Source: Elusimicrobiota bacterium (lineage in GTDB: Bacteria > Elusimicrobiota > Endomicrobiia > CG1-02-37-114 > JAHJSO01). Taken from it: 64,000 nucleotides of DNA. The notes beneath the pieces were generated by a model. It was given only the letters and a program-made list of their open reading frames with translations, did no database searches and was not told the origin of the DNA. The stretch covers positions 1 through 64,000 of the forward strand of contig JBDRQF010000037.1 in the NCBI GenBank assembly GCA_043826435.1. Direction: 5' to 3'. The translations under genes and the position numbers were made by a program. Of the stretch, positions 28,449 to 38,520 are shown piece by piece (position 1 is the first letter of the stretch; each line of letters starts with the position of its first letter).

Positions 28449-29966
28449 GTGCGTAAGGCAAAGGTTGTCATGGTGCAGGGCACGGGTTCGGGCGTCGGGA
28501 AGAGCGTTATAACGGCCGCCCTGTGCCGGATATTGCTGCAGGACGGTTGGACCGTCGCCCCGTTCAAGGCGCAGAACATGGCCTTGAACTCTTACGTAAC
28601 CGAAGATGGCAGTGAGATAGGCATGGCGCAGGCGGTTCAGGCGCAGGCGTGTCACATTAAGCCCCGGGCCGAGATGAATCCTGTTTTGATTAAGCCCACA
28701 AACGATACGGGGGCGCAGGTAATCGTTATGGGTAAGCCCGTCGGCAATATGTCCGCCAAAGAATATGTATCCTACAAGAAACGAATTAAGGGCGTAGTGA
28801 AAAACTCCTTTGAAAAACTCTGCAGTGAATACGATGCCGTGGTTATTGAGGGCGCCGGCAGCCCTGCGGAGATAAACCTGAAAAGACATGACATTGTTAA
28901 CATGGCTATGGCGGAATATGCGTCGGCGCCGGTTATCATTGTGGGTGATATTGACAGGGGAGGAGTATTCAGCTGGCTGGTCGGGACAATGGAACTGCTT
29001 ACCCCCCGGGAGAGGAGAATGGTCGGGGGTTTTATCATCAACAAGTTCCGTGGCGACAAGTCACTGTTAAAGTCGGGCATAAGGTTCATTGAAAATAAAA
29101 CAGGGAAGAAGGTGCTCGGCGTTATAGATTACTTTAAGGACATAAAAATTCCGGAGGAGGATTCGCTCTCATTGGGTTCATGGGCGCTCAACGGGCGTGC
29201 CTCCGTCGTGGAGGATGGCAAAAGGATAAGAATTGAGGTCATCGCTTTGCCGACAATGTCCAACTTCACTGATTTTGATTATTTGGCGACTGAGCCGGAC
29301 GTCCATCTGAGATACGTCAAGCGCGGGGAGAAAATAGCGAACCCCGACGTCCTCATCATCCCCGGGACGAAAAATACGATCTCGGACCTAAAGTATCTAT
29401 ATGATACCGGTTATGTCCGGGCGATCAAAGACAGGGTTAACGCCGGAGTTATTCTCGCCGGCATATGCGGCGGCTACCAGATGTTAGGCAGAAAAATCAT
29501 TGATGTCAAAAGGGTTGAATCAAACATCAGGCAGATTGAAGGAATGGGATATATTGATATGGTTACGGTTTTCAGTCCGGAGAAGATTACCCGTCAGGTG
29601 CGGGTAAAGGAGAGGGGTTCAGGACTGGCCGTTTCAGGTTACGAGATTCATCACGGTGTGCCGAGGGGCGGGGCGCAGAAGGGCGGTGTGCAGAAGGGCG
29701 GTGTGCAGGAAAATTTCAGCAAACATTTTAATATAAAAAACCCTGTCTGGGGCACCTACATACACGGTATTTTTGACTCGTCGGAATTCAGGAGAAGTTT
29801 TATAAATCACGTGCGGGTAAAAAAGGGGTGGCAGCCGGTTTTCCCTGAAGAAAGTTTCAACCAGGACATGGAATACGACAAACTTGCCGGCATGGTAAGG
29901 GATAATATTGACATCAGATATTTTTACAAATTACTGAACGGGCGCAAACATGGACGCAATATTTAG
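28449..29966 (+). CDS. cobQ: Cobyric acid synthase
   Basis: QGTGSGVGKS, PFKAQNM, EGAGSPAEINL, GICGGYQMLG, GYEIH, GTYIHG. Confidence 0.95.
   Translation: MRKAKVVMVQGTGSGVGKSVITAALCRILLQDGWTVAPFKAQNMALNSYVTEDGSEIGMAQAVQAQACHIKPRAEMNPVLIKPTNDTGAQVIVMGKPVGNMSAKEYVSYKKRIKGVVKNSFEKLCSEYDAVVIEGAGSPAEINLKRHDIVNMAMAEYASAPVIIVGDIDRGGVFSWLVGTMELLTPRERRMVGGFIINKFRGDKSLLKSGIRFIENKTGKKVLGVIDYFKDIKIPEEDSLSLGSWALNGRASVVEDGKRIRIEVIALPTMSNFTDFDYLATEPDVHLRYVKRGEKIANPDVLIIPGTKNTISDLKYLYDTGYVRAIKDRVNAGVILAGICGGYQMLGRKIIDVKRVESNIRQIEGMGYIDMVTVFSPEKITRQVRVKERGSGLAVSGYEIHHGVPRGGAQKGGVQKGGVQENFSKHFNIKNPVWGTYIHGIFDSSEFRRSFINHVRVKKGWQPVFPEESFNQDMEYDKLAGMVRDNIDIRYFYKLLNGRKHGRNI
29667..29711 (+). repeat. Three tandem 15-bp units inside cobQ (GGAQK-GGVQK-GGVQE)
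   Basis: ggcggggcgcagaag ggcggtgtgcagaag ggcggtgtgcaggaa. Confidence 0.9.
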
Positions 29967-29984
29967 CATAAGGGATGTGCGAAT

Positions 29985-30929
29985 ATGTGTATGATGTTGC
30001 ACGCAAATAGTTTTGCCATACTTGTCGCGTACGTTACCGACCTGATACTCGGCGACCCGCAGTGGATGCCTCACCCTGTCCGCGGAATCGGCAGGTTGAT
30101 AACCTTTGCGGAGAAACCGCTGTACAGGTCTGGCGTGAATAAACGCCTCAGCGGGCTGATACTGGTTGTTACCGTTATTTTTACGGCAGTTGCGGGAACG
30201 TCGGTTTTGATTTATCTTGCGAATAAAATTGGTGCATACACGGGGCTTATATTTTCTGCATTTCTCATTTATACGAGTTTGTCGGCCGCCGATTTAAAGA
30301 AGGAGTGTATGGGCATATATGAGGCGGTCGTCACTGGAGACCTGCAGGATGCGAGGCAGAAATTGCGAAGGATTGTGGGCCGCGACACGGGAGACCTGTC
30401 TGAAAAGGAAATTATTCGCGCAACGGTTGAGTGCGCGGCGGAAAGCACTGTTGACGGAATTGTTTCGCCGTTGTTCTATGCCTTTATCGGCGGGGCGCCG
30501 CTTGCCATCGCTTACAAGGCGGTAAACACGCTGGACTCAATGGTGGGGTACCAGAATGAAAGGTATAATGACTTCGGGTATTTCGCGGCAGAGATTGATA
30601 CTGTTGTAAATTTTGTTCCTGCACGGGTAACTGGGGCGCTGATACCGGTTGCCGCATGGCTGTGCGGTAAAGACGGGACAGGGGCGTTTCTTGCCGTGAT
30701 GCGGTACGGCAAGTCCAACAGCGACGTTCCGGAAGCAGGTGTGGCGGGCGCTTTGGGAGTGCGGCTGGGCGGCGTAAATTATTACCAGGGCAGGCAGGTG
30801 GTTAAGCCGTTTCTGGGCGAAGAGAGGACGGAACTGGAGGCGGGGCATATTAAAGACGCTGTCAGGTTATCTTATGTATGCTCGGCGCTGGCGGTGGTGG
30901 CAGGGATGATTGCTTCGCTACTGTTGTGA
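29985..30929 (+). CDS. cbiB: Adenosylcobinamide-phosphate synthase
   Basis: D...GDP...PHPV, IVGRDT, AES.VDG, NTLDSMVGY. Confidence 0.92.
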   Translation: MCMMLHANSFAILVAYVTDLILGDPQWMPHPVRGIGRLITFAEKPLYRSGVNKRLSGLILVVTVIFTAVAGTSVLIYLANKIGAYTGLIFSAFLIYTSLSAADLKKECMGIYEAVVTGDLQDARQKLRRIVGRDTGDLSEKEIIRATVECAAESTVDGIVSPLFYAFIGGAPLAIAYKAVNTLDSMVGYQNERYNDFGYFAAEIDTVVNFVPARVTGALIPVAAWLCGKDGTGAFLAVMRYGKSNSDVPEAGVAGALGVRLGGVNYYQGRQVVKPFLGEERTELEAGHIKDAVRLSYVCSALAVVAGMIASLLL

Positions 30930-30979
30930 TGCAGCGACGTGTTGGGCAGGGGAGATTGCTTCGGGAAGGTACTAATGCA

Positions 30980-31258
30980 ATGAGCAGAATTAAAAACAAA
31001 ACAAAAAGAGGTGCGGTTGAGCGCCTAAACAGGGCGTGCAGGTATTTCCCCTGTCACAGCGCACAAGAGGACTGCACTTTCTGTTATTGTCCTTTTTATC
31101 CCTGTGGTGATAAAAAACTCGGCGTGTTCGTCAGGGCGCAGGGGTCCGGCGAAAAGGTATGGTCGTGCGAAAATTGTGTGTGGATACACAGGCGGAATGT
31201 TGTTGACAGTTTTTTTGCGCTGATAAGAAAGAACGCCCGCCGATTTAGAAAAAAATGA
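30980..31258 (+). CDS. Cysteine-rich small-domain protein (cobalamin-associated)
   Basis: C.YFPCH....C.FCYCPFYPC...WSC..C.W.H. Confidence 0.8.
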   Translation: MSRIKNKTKRGAVERLNRACRYFPCHSAQEDCTFCYCPFYPCGDKKLGVFVRAQGSGEKVWSCENCVWIHRRNVVDSFFALIRKNARRFRKK

Positions 31259-31299
31259 AACCTGCTGGCGTTTTTATTAACTGTAACCGCGGGTGAAGT

Positions 31300-31929
31300 T
31301 TGCTTATGATTGACGTTATTTTTCTCTCATTGGTTGTATCCGGTTCTGCGACGGTGCTGGCAGGTATTGTAGCCATACCCGCCGGGATTTTTCTTTCTCT
31401 CAGGGAATTCAGGTTTAAGAGGGTGGTTATCTGGATACTAAATACCTTCCTGGCTGTCCCTGCGGTTTTAATAGGGCTTGTGGTCTATATGTTTTTAAGC
31501 AGGAAGGGACCTGCCGGCCCGCTCGGGTTGTTATATACGCCCTACGCTATGATGATAGCCCAGGCGATTCTTGCCACGCCGATAATCTGCGCCCTTTCAC
31601 TCTCTGCGATAAAATCACTGGCAAAGGAGACGTCGGAAACCGCCCGCGCACTCGGGGCGGACACCGGCCAGGTCGTTATCACAATAATAAAACAGGGAAG
31701 GTTTGCATTTCTGTCCGCCGTTATTATGGGATTTTCAAGGGTGATAGGTGAAACGGGTATGACGCTCATGGTCGGCGGCAATATAAAGGGTTTCACCCGC
31801 GTAATGACGACCACGATAGCCCTTGAAACGACAAAAGGTAATTTTGAGACGGGCATTGCCCTGGGCATAGTGCTTTTTTTCGTTGCTGTAATCATAAACG
31901 TATTCTTTCAGTTGTTGCAGGGTGAATGA
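31300..31929 (+). CDS. Tungstate-type ABC transporter permease (TupB-like)
   Basis: LSR.GP.G.LGLLYTP.AM..AQ, E.G....VGGNI.G.TR.MTT.I.LET..G. Confidence 0.82.
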   Translation: MLMIDVIFLSLVVSGSATVLAGIVAIPAGIFLSLREFRFKRVVIWILNTFLAVPAVLIGLVVYMFLSRKGPAGPLGLLYTPYAMMIAQAILATPIICALSLSAIKSLAKETSETARALGADTGQVVITIIKQGRFAFLSAVIMGFSRVIGETGMTLMVGGNIKGFTRVMTTTIALETTKGNFETGIALGIVLFFVAVIINVFFQLLQGE

Positions 31930-31952
31930 CCGCCGCCCCGCCGCCCCATTGA

Positions 31953-31983
31953 TGAAATATTTTTTCCTTCTGAATTGTACATA
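31953..31983 (+). promoter_or_regulatory. Candidate ECF-sigma promoter TGAAAT-N17-TGTA, copy 1
   Basis: Recurs with the same spacing at 32624..32654. Confidence 0.55.
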
Positions 31984-31994
31984 ATGTTTAAGGG

Positions 31995-32645
31995 GTGCGG
32001 CGCAAAGGTCAAATGTCAGGACCTGCGTCCCCGATTTTACGAATGTCAAATGATGCAAGACCTGACCCCATAGTTGTAGACGATGTGGTTCTGATAAAGG
32101 AAGCCCTTTCCGGAGACGGGGAGGCGTTTGCCGTCCTGGTGGACAGGCATAAGAATACAATTTTCAACCTCTGTTACCGGATGATGGGCAATTATCAGGA
32201 CGCCCAGGACATTTCACAGGAAGCGTTCCTGCAGGTATGGCGTAAACTCAGCTGGTTCAGGGCAGGTCAGAAATTCCGGAACTGGCTGATTACCATAGCG
32301 ATAAACCTGTGCAGGAATAAACTCAAAAGGGATAAAATAATCCGGTTCATTTCAATTGATAGAACGGTACGCACGGAGGACGGCGAAATCCCCGTTGAAG
32401 TTGCAGACGCTACCCCTACCCCCGAACAATTAGCGCTCGGAAAAGAATGGAAAAAAAGAATCAACCTCATGGTGAGTTCCCTTCCCGTCAAGTATCGGCC
32501 GGTATTTCTCTTAAGGTACGTTGAAGGGCTTTCATATAAGGAGATATCGGAAATTACGGGCATGCCTGCCGGCACGGTTGAGACGTATCTTTTCAGGGCT
32601 AAAAAAATAGTCCTGAAAAAAATTGAAATATTTTTTCCCGGCTGA
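31995..32645 (+). CDS. ECF RNA polymerase sigma factor (start uncertain, between 31995 and 32043)
   Basis: DAQDISQEAF, F.NWL..IA.N, LSYKEISEI.GMP.GTV.T.LFRA. Confidence 0.92.
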   Translation: MRRKGQMSGPASPILRMSNDARPDPIVVDDVVLIKEALSGDGEAFAVLVDRHKNTIFNLCYRMMGNYQDAQDISQEAFLQVWRKLSWFRAGQKFRNWLITIAINLCRNKLKRDKIIRFISIDRTVRTEDGEIPVEVADATPTPEQLALGKEWKKRINLMVSSLPVKYRPVFLLRYVEGLSYKEISEITGMPAGTVETYLFRAKKIVLKKIEIFFPG

Positions 32646-32654
32646 TTGTATATT
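32624..32654 (+). promoter_or_regulatory. Candidate ECF-sigma promoter TGAAAT-N17-TGTA, copy 2
   Basis: Overlaps the sigma stop codon, upstream of the anti-sigma gene. Confidence 0.55.
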
Positions 32655-32687
32655 AGGCCGGAGGAAGGAGTTAAAGGGTGAACGGAA

Positions 32688-33317
32688 ATGGATTGCAAAG
32701 ACATAATTAAAATCATATCAAGGGATGTTTTGAGCGATGCAGAAAAAATCTTGCTGGAAGAGCACGTTGAAAAATGCCTTTCGTGCAGTAAGAAATACCT
32801 GTATTTAAATAATGCGTTGTCCTTGTTGAAAGACGACATTGTGATGCCTCCCGCTGATTTTACTCAAAAGGTTATGTCCCGGGCCGAACCGCAGGACGGG
32901 ACGTCGGCTGAACGACCATTCGTGCCGGAGTTTATGACCGCACAATGGTTCCGGAGGCTTGTGCCCGTTGCAGTTGTCCCGGTTATCCTCATTGCCGGCA
33001 TCGGCCTTTTGTGGAGGTTGAAAACCACAAAACCTATGGCGGACGCCCCAAAAGAGATTGTCATTACTTTCAAGGTGGCTGTCCCGTGGGCGCAAACGGT
33101 GTCTCTTGCTGGGGACTTCAACAGCTGGGACATTGAATCAACCAAACTTGAAAGGCAGGACGGTTTCTGGCAGACGACGATATCCATCCCGCAGGGCAGG
33201 TACCAGTATGTGTTCATTATTGACGGTAAAACATGGTTGCCTGACCCGTCCGCAAAGAATTATGTTGACAGTGGATATGGAACCAAAAATTCAGTAGTGG
33301 ATACGACAAGGTTGTAA
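32688..33317 (+). CDS. Zinc-binding anti-sigma factor with a TM helix and a C-terminal CBM48/AMPK-type glycogen-binding domain
   Basis: H...C..C; TM segment; V.LAGDFNSW...G.W......PQG.YQY.F.IDG..W..DP....DSGYG..NS. Confidence 0.85.
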   Translation: MDCKDIIKIISRDVLSDAEKILLEEHVEKCLSCSKKYLYLNNALSLLKDDIVMPPADFTQKVMSRAEPQDGTSAERPFVPEFMTAQWFRRLVPVAVVPVILIAGIGLLWRLKTTKPMADAPKEIVITFKVAVPWAQTVSLAGDFNSWDIESTKLERQDGFWQTTISIPQGRYQYVFIIDGKTWLPDPSAKNYVDSGYGTKNSVVDTTRL

Positions 33318-33345
33318 AATCTATAAAAAAAGGAGGTGATTTGAT

Positions 33346-34119
33346 ATGAAGACGAAACTTTCACTTTTAGTAGCAGTTCTGTTTGTTATGGGTTGTTTTG
33401 CCGGGACACTTCTGGCTAAAACATCCAGAGAGGCATCGGAGGAAATAAAGGCCTCTGCAAAAGCAAAAGGGCTGTCTGATGCGGATGCCCGAACATCTGT
33501 TTCTGTCCTGAGTGAATTGGTAGACAAGGGTGTTCCTGTTGACCATGCACTTGCTGTGGTAACCGCGGCAATTGACAGGAATAATTCAGGCCCGGAGATT
33601 GCAGCGATTGCAAAATCGTTAGGCGAAGCAGTTGAAAAAGAGGGCTCTGCAAAGGATATTGCTGCTATTGCCAGGATGGGCGTTGAGAAAGGGCTTAAAG
33701 GCAGAGAAATCGGCAAGGTTATGGCGAATGTCCAGGCATCTATGGGAAAGGATGCTTCGGCACGCCAACTGCGGATTTTAACAAAGGACCTTCTGGATAA
33801 TGGTTCTGATGTTGACGGTCTCTCAGTGGCGATTGAAGCAGTCGGTAATTCCGTAGCAAATGGATATTCTCCCGAGGAATCCCGCAAGTCAGTCGCTCTG
33901 GTGGCGCTCAAAGGGATTAAGAGTGGACTCAGGGGCGAAGCGCTTGCTACCGAGGTCAGGAAAGAGGCGCAGCGTGGCAAGGGAGTACATGGTGAGACGC
34001 GTAGAGAGCGTACTCATGAGAGAAAGACGCCGGAGGATGTTAAAGAGAGAATGAAAACACCCGGTGGAACATCCGAGCCAGGAACAGGAAGTTCATGGCC
34101 AGGAAAACCAGGGAAGTGA
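33346..34119 (+). CDS. Exported alpha-helical repeat protein
   Basis: Strong RBS, signal peptide, repeated Ala-rich helical units. Confidence 0.7.
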   Translation: MKTKLSLLVAVLFVMGCFAGTLLAKTSREASEEIKASAKAKGLSDADARTSVSVLSELVDKGVPVDHALAVVTAAIDRNNSGPEIAAIAKSLGEAVEKEGSAKDIAAIARMGVEKGLKGREIGKVMANVQASMGKDASARQLRILTKDLLDNGSDVDGLSVAIEAVGNSVANGYSPEESRKSVALVALKGIKSGLRGEALATEVRKEAQRGKGVHGETRRERTHERKTPEDVKERMKTPGGTSEPGTGSSWPGKPGK

Positions 34120-34165
34120 TTCAAGTTGCGAGTGATAAAAGCGGACGATAAAAATTAGCGGTGGT

Positions 34166-34204
34166 CAGAATGCCCTTGCCTTCCTAGGAGGCAGGGTCAT
34201 TCTG
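34166..34204. terminator. Intergenic stem-loop (terminator or processing signal)
   Basis: CAGAATG.CC.TGCCT...AGGCAGGG.CATTCTG inverted repeat. Confidence 0.4.
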
Positions 34205-34231
34205 GATGTTGTGTGATGAAACAATAAAAAA

Positions 34232-35059
34232 ATGAGACCTTACAGGTGGTTGTGGATTTTTGTGTTGGTTGTATTTTCAGTCGGTTATTCTTCGGCAGAA
34301 AACCAGATGAATCAGATTAAGCAACTGCTCGGTAGTAAAACCGATTTTACAGAAAAACAGGTTGAGAATATTTTAGATCTCCTTGAAAAATCAGACATAG
34401 GAGGCCTGCCGGTAGAAATTTTAACAAACCGCATTAAGGAAGGTGTGGCACGCAAATCCGATTTTCCGACACTTCTTGAAGTGCTGACTAAAAAAGTGGA
34501 CTCGTTGAAGCAGGCAAAAGAACTGATTTACGAGTGTCTTAACAAGGGTTTTTCAGTCAAAGATATAAAATATTCCCAGCAATTGCTTGCTGAATTACTT
34601 GAGAGGGATTTATCGTCCGATGACTTCAGGATAATTGCCAATTTAGCGCTATTGCAGAATATGAAATTAGACGAACTGGTTCCTGTCTGTGAAGTCCTTG
34701 TCAGAAACAAGGAAGAAAATTTTCCTGTTGAATATTCAAGGGAGATTGTTTCTCTGGCGATTGTCAAAGGGCTTGACCGCAAGGCAATAGAATATATCAG
34801 TGAAACCATACAGGAAGTAATGAGAGGTAACGCCCTGAAACCCGATGAGATAAAGGATATCATACTCGGGGGGTTAAATAAACACAGAAGCGTTAGGAAG
34901 ATACAGGAAGCCATCAGGGAGACAGCAGGCAGGGGAAAAACAGGACTTGAGAAATCAGCCGTAAGAAGAGGGGCTGAAACGAGAGGAGAAATAAAGGATG
35001 AACTCAAACAAAGAGGGACTGAAGAAAGACAAAAATGGGAGGAGAATAGGGGTAGATAA
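34232..35059 (+). CDS. Exported helical protein, function unknown
   Basis: Signal peptide; GLP...L...I.EG..R motif. Confidence 0.7.
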   Translation: MRPYRWLWIFVLVVFSVGYSSAENQMNQIKQLLGSKTDFTEKQVENILDLLEKSDIGGLPVEILTNRIKEGVARKSDFPTLLEVLTKKVDSLKQAKELIYECLNKGFSVKDIKYSQQLLAELLERDLSSDDFRIIANLALLQNMKLDELVPVCEVLVRNKEENFPVEYSREIVSLAIVKGLDRKAIEYISETIQEVMRGNALKPDEIKDIILGGLNKHRSVRKIQEAIRETAGRGKTGLEKSAVRRGAETRGEIKDELKQRGTEERQKWEENRGR

Positions 35060-36185
35060 AGTATGTTGGGCTATATTTTTTTCAACTATAATAATATTTT
35101 TTTTAAGGGGTATCACTCTTTCTGAGTATCATAATTTCCGGGGTGAATTTAATCTTTCAACTATGGTGGATGGCAATGTATATAAGGATAGCAGGGGATT
35201 CAGCGACATCGGACTCCTGGCAAATCTCGGGCTCGGGATGCGCTCAAAAATTTCCCGACATACATTTACACGCCTGGACTACAGATTGGATGTCTCCAAT
35301 TTCTTTACCTACAATCTGGAGAATGAGGCATCACATCTTCTGGATGGCAGGATTAAACAGCGTCTCGGCGATTTGTTTGATGTGGACCTGAATGCAGGGA
35401 TTAGTATGTCTCAAATGCCAAAAGCCGCCGTATATAATTCTAGTGGATTTTATGCAGAACCGTCATTGAACTGGTATATCTTTGACTACACAAAGATTAC
35501 TGGCGGATATATATACAACAAGACCATGTATCCTTCCTACAACCTGGACAACGAAACAACAGGTGGACAGGTGAAACTTGGCCAGGAACTGTCTCTCTAT
35601 ACATATATAGAAATTTCAGGGGTTATTCAGAACAAAAATTATCCCGAGAGATACCTCTACTCGGGGGTCTCCGGCGGCTCACCCACTTATAAGACAGATG
35701 TTAGAAAAGACGCCGAGAATTTTGTTGAATTGATTTTCTCGCAGAATATAACGGCAAAATCAGGGGTTGATTTAATTTATTATTCTGGCAAACTGGAGTC
35801 AAACGAGAATTATTTTGATTGGGGGCCGGGCCAGTATGAGGGGGAGAATACAATTACAGGCGATGAAAGAATAATTGAAAATTACAGGAGTTGGACAACC
35901 AATAAATATGGAATGAACATGTTCACGGGTCTTGATGAAGACTCAAGATTATTTTTACAGTGTTCCTATGCTATCAGTGATTATGCAGGGCGTCTTGCAA
36001 AAGATGAAAATGACGCCATTCGCCGGCCAGAAGTGAAAAGGCAGGACACACAGATTGTGGTTTCCGCCTCTTATTTTATAGATATGTTTATTTTTAGATA
36101 TACCTATGAAATAAACAACTCAAATGATGCACTTTACAAATATACAAGCAGCATTCTGTCAGCTGGTATAAGACATCTGTTTTAA
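34998..36185 (+). CDS. Putative outer-membrane beta-barrel protein (start uncertain)
   Basis: Alternating aromatic beta strands; C-terminal Phe. Confidence 0.65.
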   Translation: MNSNKEGLKKDKNGRRIGVDKVCWAIFFSTIIIFFLRGITLSEYHNFRGEFNLSTMVDGNVYKDSRGFSDIGLLANLGLGMRSKISRHTFTRLDYRLDVSNFFTYNLENEASHLLDGRIKQRLGDLFDVDLNAGISMSQMPKAAVYNSSGFYAEPSLNWYIFDYTKITGGYIYNKTMYPSYNLDNETTGGQVKLGQELSLYTYIEISGVIQNKNYPERYLYSGVSGGSPTYKTDVRKDAENFVELIFSQNITAKSGVDLIYYSGKLESNENYFDWGPGQYEGENTITGDERIIENYRSWTTNKYGMNMFTGLDEDSRLFLQCSYAISDYAGRLAKDENDAIRRPEVKRQDTQIVVSASYFIDMFIFRYTYEINNSNDALYKYTSSILSAGIRHLF

Positions 36186-36370
36186 GAGTATATGTTTTAA
36201 GACACGGTCTTTTCCGGGGGACATCCCGGCTTTACAATGACAATTTTCCAAAAAACCCTTGATAAAGTAAAAATTATATGTTACATATATTTTTACCCCC
36301 TGCTGTTTTGTCTTACGGCAAAACAAAACGCAGGGGTATCCACGAAGTCCATAAAGGAGGATTTCCTGTT

Positions 36371-38452
36371 ATGAAAAAATTATCAGCATTGGTGTTGGTG
36401 GTATTGATGTCGTCAGGTTCGTTCGCCTCGTTCAGCAACGTATCCGTAAGGATGCAGGGCATAAACCCGTCTCTCGTCGGTATAATTGCCGACGAATACT
36501 CGGACCCCCTCTCAATAAACCCGTCCGATTTGCTGAATGTAGCGGGATACAGGGTCTTCACGAATATGTCAAACCTGTACGGTGCAGGGAATCTCGGAAA
36601 TGACAGTGCATTCAGCGGAACAACAACCGGTGGTGCAGGACTAAACCAGTTCTTACTCGGTGGATTTGGAAATCCTTTAAGCGGGATTCCTTTCCTTGGC
36701 AGATTTACGACCGATGTTTTCCCTACCCAGATGGGTGTCCTTTACAATGGTATAAGTTGGGAAACCGCAACACCTGCTACAGATGCGACAACGACACCGG
36801 GATGGGAGCTTGACACAAACAATGATGGGTTTGCTGAAACAACCGGTGGCACAAACGTTCCCACTAATCCTAATGGCGAAGGGTCATTCACCCAGATATT
36901 AGACGAGGATGTCAATTCACTTTCAGGAGTAAGGACATATAGAGAAGTGGTTTCATCTGCAAAACACACAGCAGAAGCATCTACAAATGACTTCAATATC
37001 CTTTCCGCGGTTGAATTGGGACCATTAAAAATAGGTGCGGGTATAATCGCCACGGGCATGGAACCGACAAATCGCGCTGTAAGTGGCAGAGAAATTGATA
37101 ACCTCTATGTGAAGGAAACAAGTCGGACTGCAATTGCTTCCTATATCCGTGATGAACTTGAGCAGAAGGGAAAAAATGAAAAAACAAACACTAATAACAC
37201 GATTCAGTTTGGTGCACGCTTTTCCTTATTGGAAAATCTTGATATAGGCGGTGTTGCAAACGTCTCTCTTGAAAGTTACAAAAATGACCCCTCTGTGGAT
37301 GTGGTGTTGAGTCAGGACCAGAGGGCTCTTTCTCTGTTAAACACGGGGGATATTGACAGGATATATATTAAAACAAATGACCCCACCTGGCTTATCACAT
37401 TTGCAGGAAATTTTGGTTGGGGGGCAGGAAATAATGCTCCGGTAAGGTGTGCTCTTTCACTTACAGATGCTCAAATAGACGACGATGGCGATGGAGAGGT
37501 TAACGAAGACGATGTTGACGGGCTTGACAATGACGGAGACGGTCTCGTGGATGAAGACCCAATGGACAGACCCGCCGCCCTTGCGAGACAAGGCACGGGT
37601 ATGTCAATCGCCCCGGATGTTCATTTCAAACTCTCCGATAATGTGAAACTTGTAGGCAGGGTGATATTGAGGAATTCCCCGCTAACGGTGGAACAGTCAT
37701 CCATCAGGAACAGGTATGCAAAGATAGAGGATGCAGATGTTTACGGCGCCGGGACAGGTACAGGTACCGTCATAACGGACAACAATCTGAGCACAACCTA
37801 TTCGGGTAATCAGAACATAAACACAATGGGTGTAACCTTCGGAACAGAGGCGAAACTTGTTGACAATATTATCCTTGGTGCGGGTGTCGTCCTTATGAAT
37901 ACGGTGAGTGATATTGACCTGTCTGTCAGTCAGACAAGGAACGATAAGACACTGACAGACACAAATGGCGACGGTGATTATGACGAAGACCCCGCTGGTC
38001 CCGGGATAGACAGGATAGATACTCAGACCGAAACCGGTGCATGGAAGAGCAGTGCAAAAACAACGGATAATACCGTCCAGATACCGATAGGTCTTGAAAT
38101 GAGGAAATGGAAAAAATTCGCCGTGCGTTTAGGGGTCACGCATCAGATTCGGATGAGAGAATCGGTATCTTCCAGGAAAGACGGCACCTACAGTGTGGTA
38201 ACAATAACCCAGCAGGACGGAGGCGCCGCCATGACGACTACTTACGGCTCAAGTACTCTCTATCAGAACGACCAGACACTTACTTCAAAAACAACTACAA
38301 GAACCACACAGTACTATTATGGTATTGGCTATGACTGGTCTGAAAATGTTTCGTTTGATATTCTTGGTGTTGCCGGTGGTTGGGCTGGTGGTGGTGGATT
38401 TAATCTTTTTGATTTGAGTACATGGAGAATCAGTTGCATACTGAAATTTTAA
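36371..38452 (+). CDS. Large outer-membrane beta-barrel protein with acidic Ca-binding loops
   Basis: AAAGGAGG RBS, signal peptide, DxDGDG..xED repeats, C-terminal LKF. Confidence 0.7.
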   Translation: MKKLSALVLVVLMSSGSFASFSNVSVRMQGINPSLVGIIADEYSDPLSINPSDLLNVAGYRVFTNMSNLYGAGNLGNDSAFSGTTTGGAGLNQFLLGGFGNPLSGIPFLGRFTTDVFPTQMGVLYNGISWETATPATDATTTPGWELDTNNDGFAETTGGTNVPTNPNGEGSFTQILDEDVNSLSGVRTYREVVSSAKHTAEASTNDFNILSAVELGPLKIGAGIIATGMEPTNRAVSGREIDNLYVKETSRTAIASYIRDELEQKGKNEKTNTNNTIQFGARFSLLENLDIGGVANVSLESYKNDPSVDVVLSQDQRALSLLNTGDIDRIYIKTNDPTWLITFAGNFGWGAGNNAPVRCALSLTDAQIDDDGDGEVNEDDVDGLDNDGDGLVDEDPMDRPAALARQGTGMSIAPDVHFKLSDNVKLVGRVILRNSPLTVEQSSIRNRYAKIEDADVYGAGTGTGTVITDNNLSTTYSGNQNINTMGVTFGTEAKLVDNIILGAGVVLMNTVSDIDLSVSQTRNDKTLTDTNGDGDYDEDPAGPGIDRIDTQTETGAWKSSAKTTDNTVQIPIGLEMRKWKKFAVRLGVTHQIRMRESVSSRKDGTYSVVTITQQDGGAAMTTTYGSSTLYQNDQTLTSKTTTRTTQYYYGIGYDWSENVSFDILGVAGGWAGGGGFNLFDLSTWRISCILKF

Positions 38453-38483
38453 CTTATATCCTCCTTCCTCTCTTCCTGAAATT

Positions 38484-38512
38484 TTGACAAACCATCCGAT
38501 TTGGTGTATAAT
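38484..38512 (+). promoter_or_regulatory. Consensus sigma70 promoter
   Basis: TTGACA-17 nt-TATAAT, ending 8 nt before ATG at 38521. Confidence 0.8.
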
Positions 38513-38520
38513 CTATCTCT

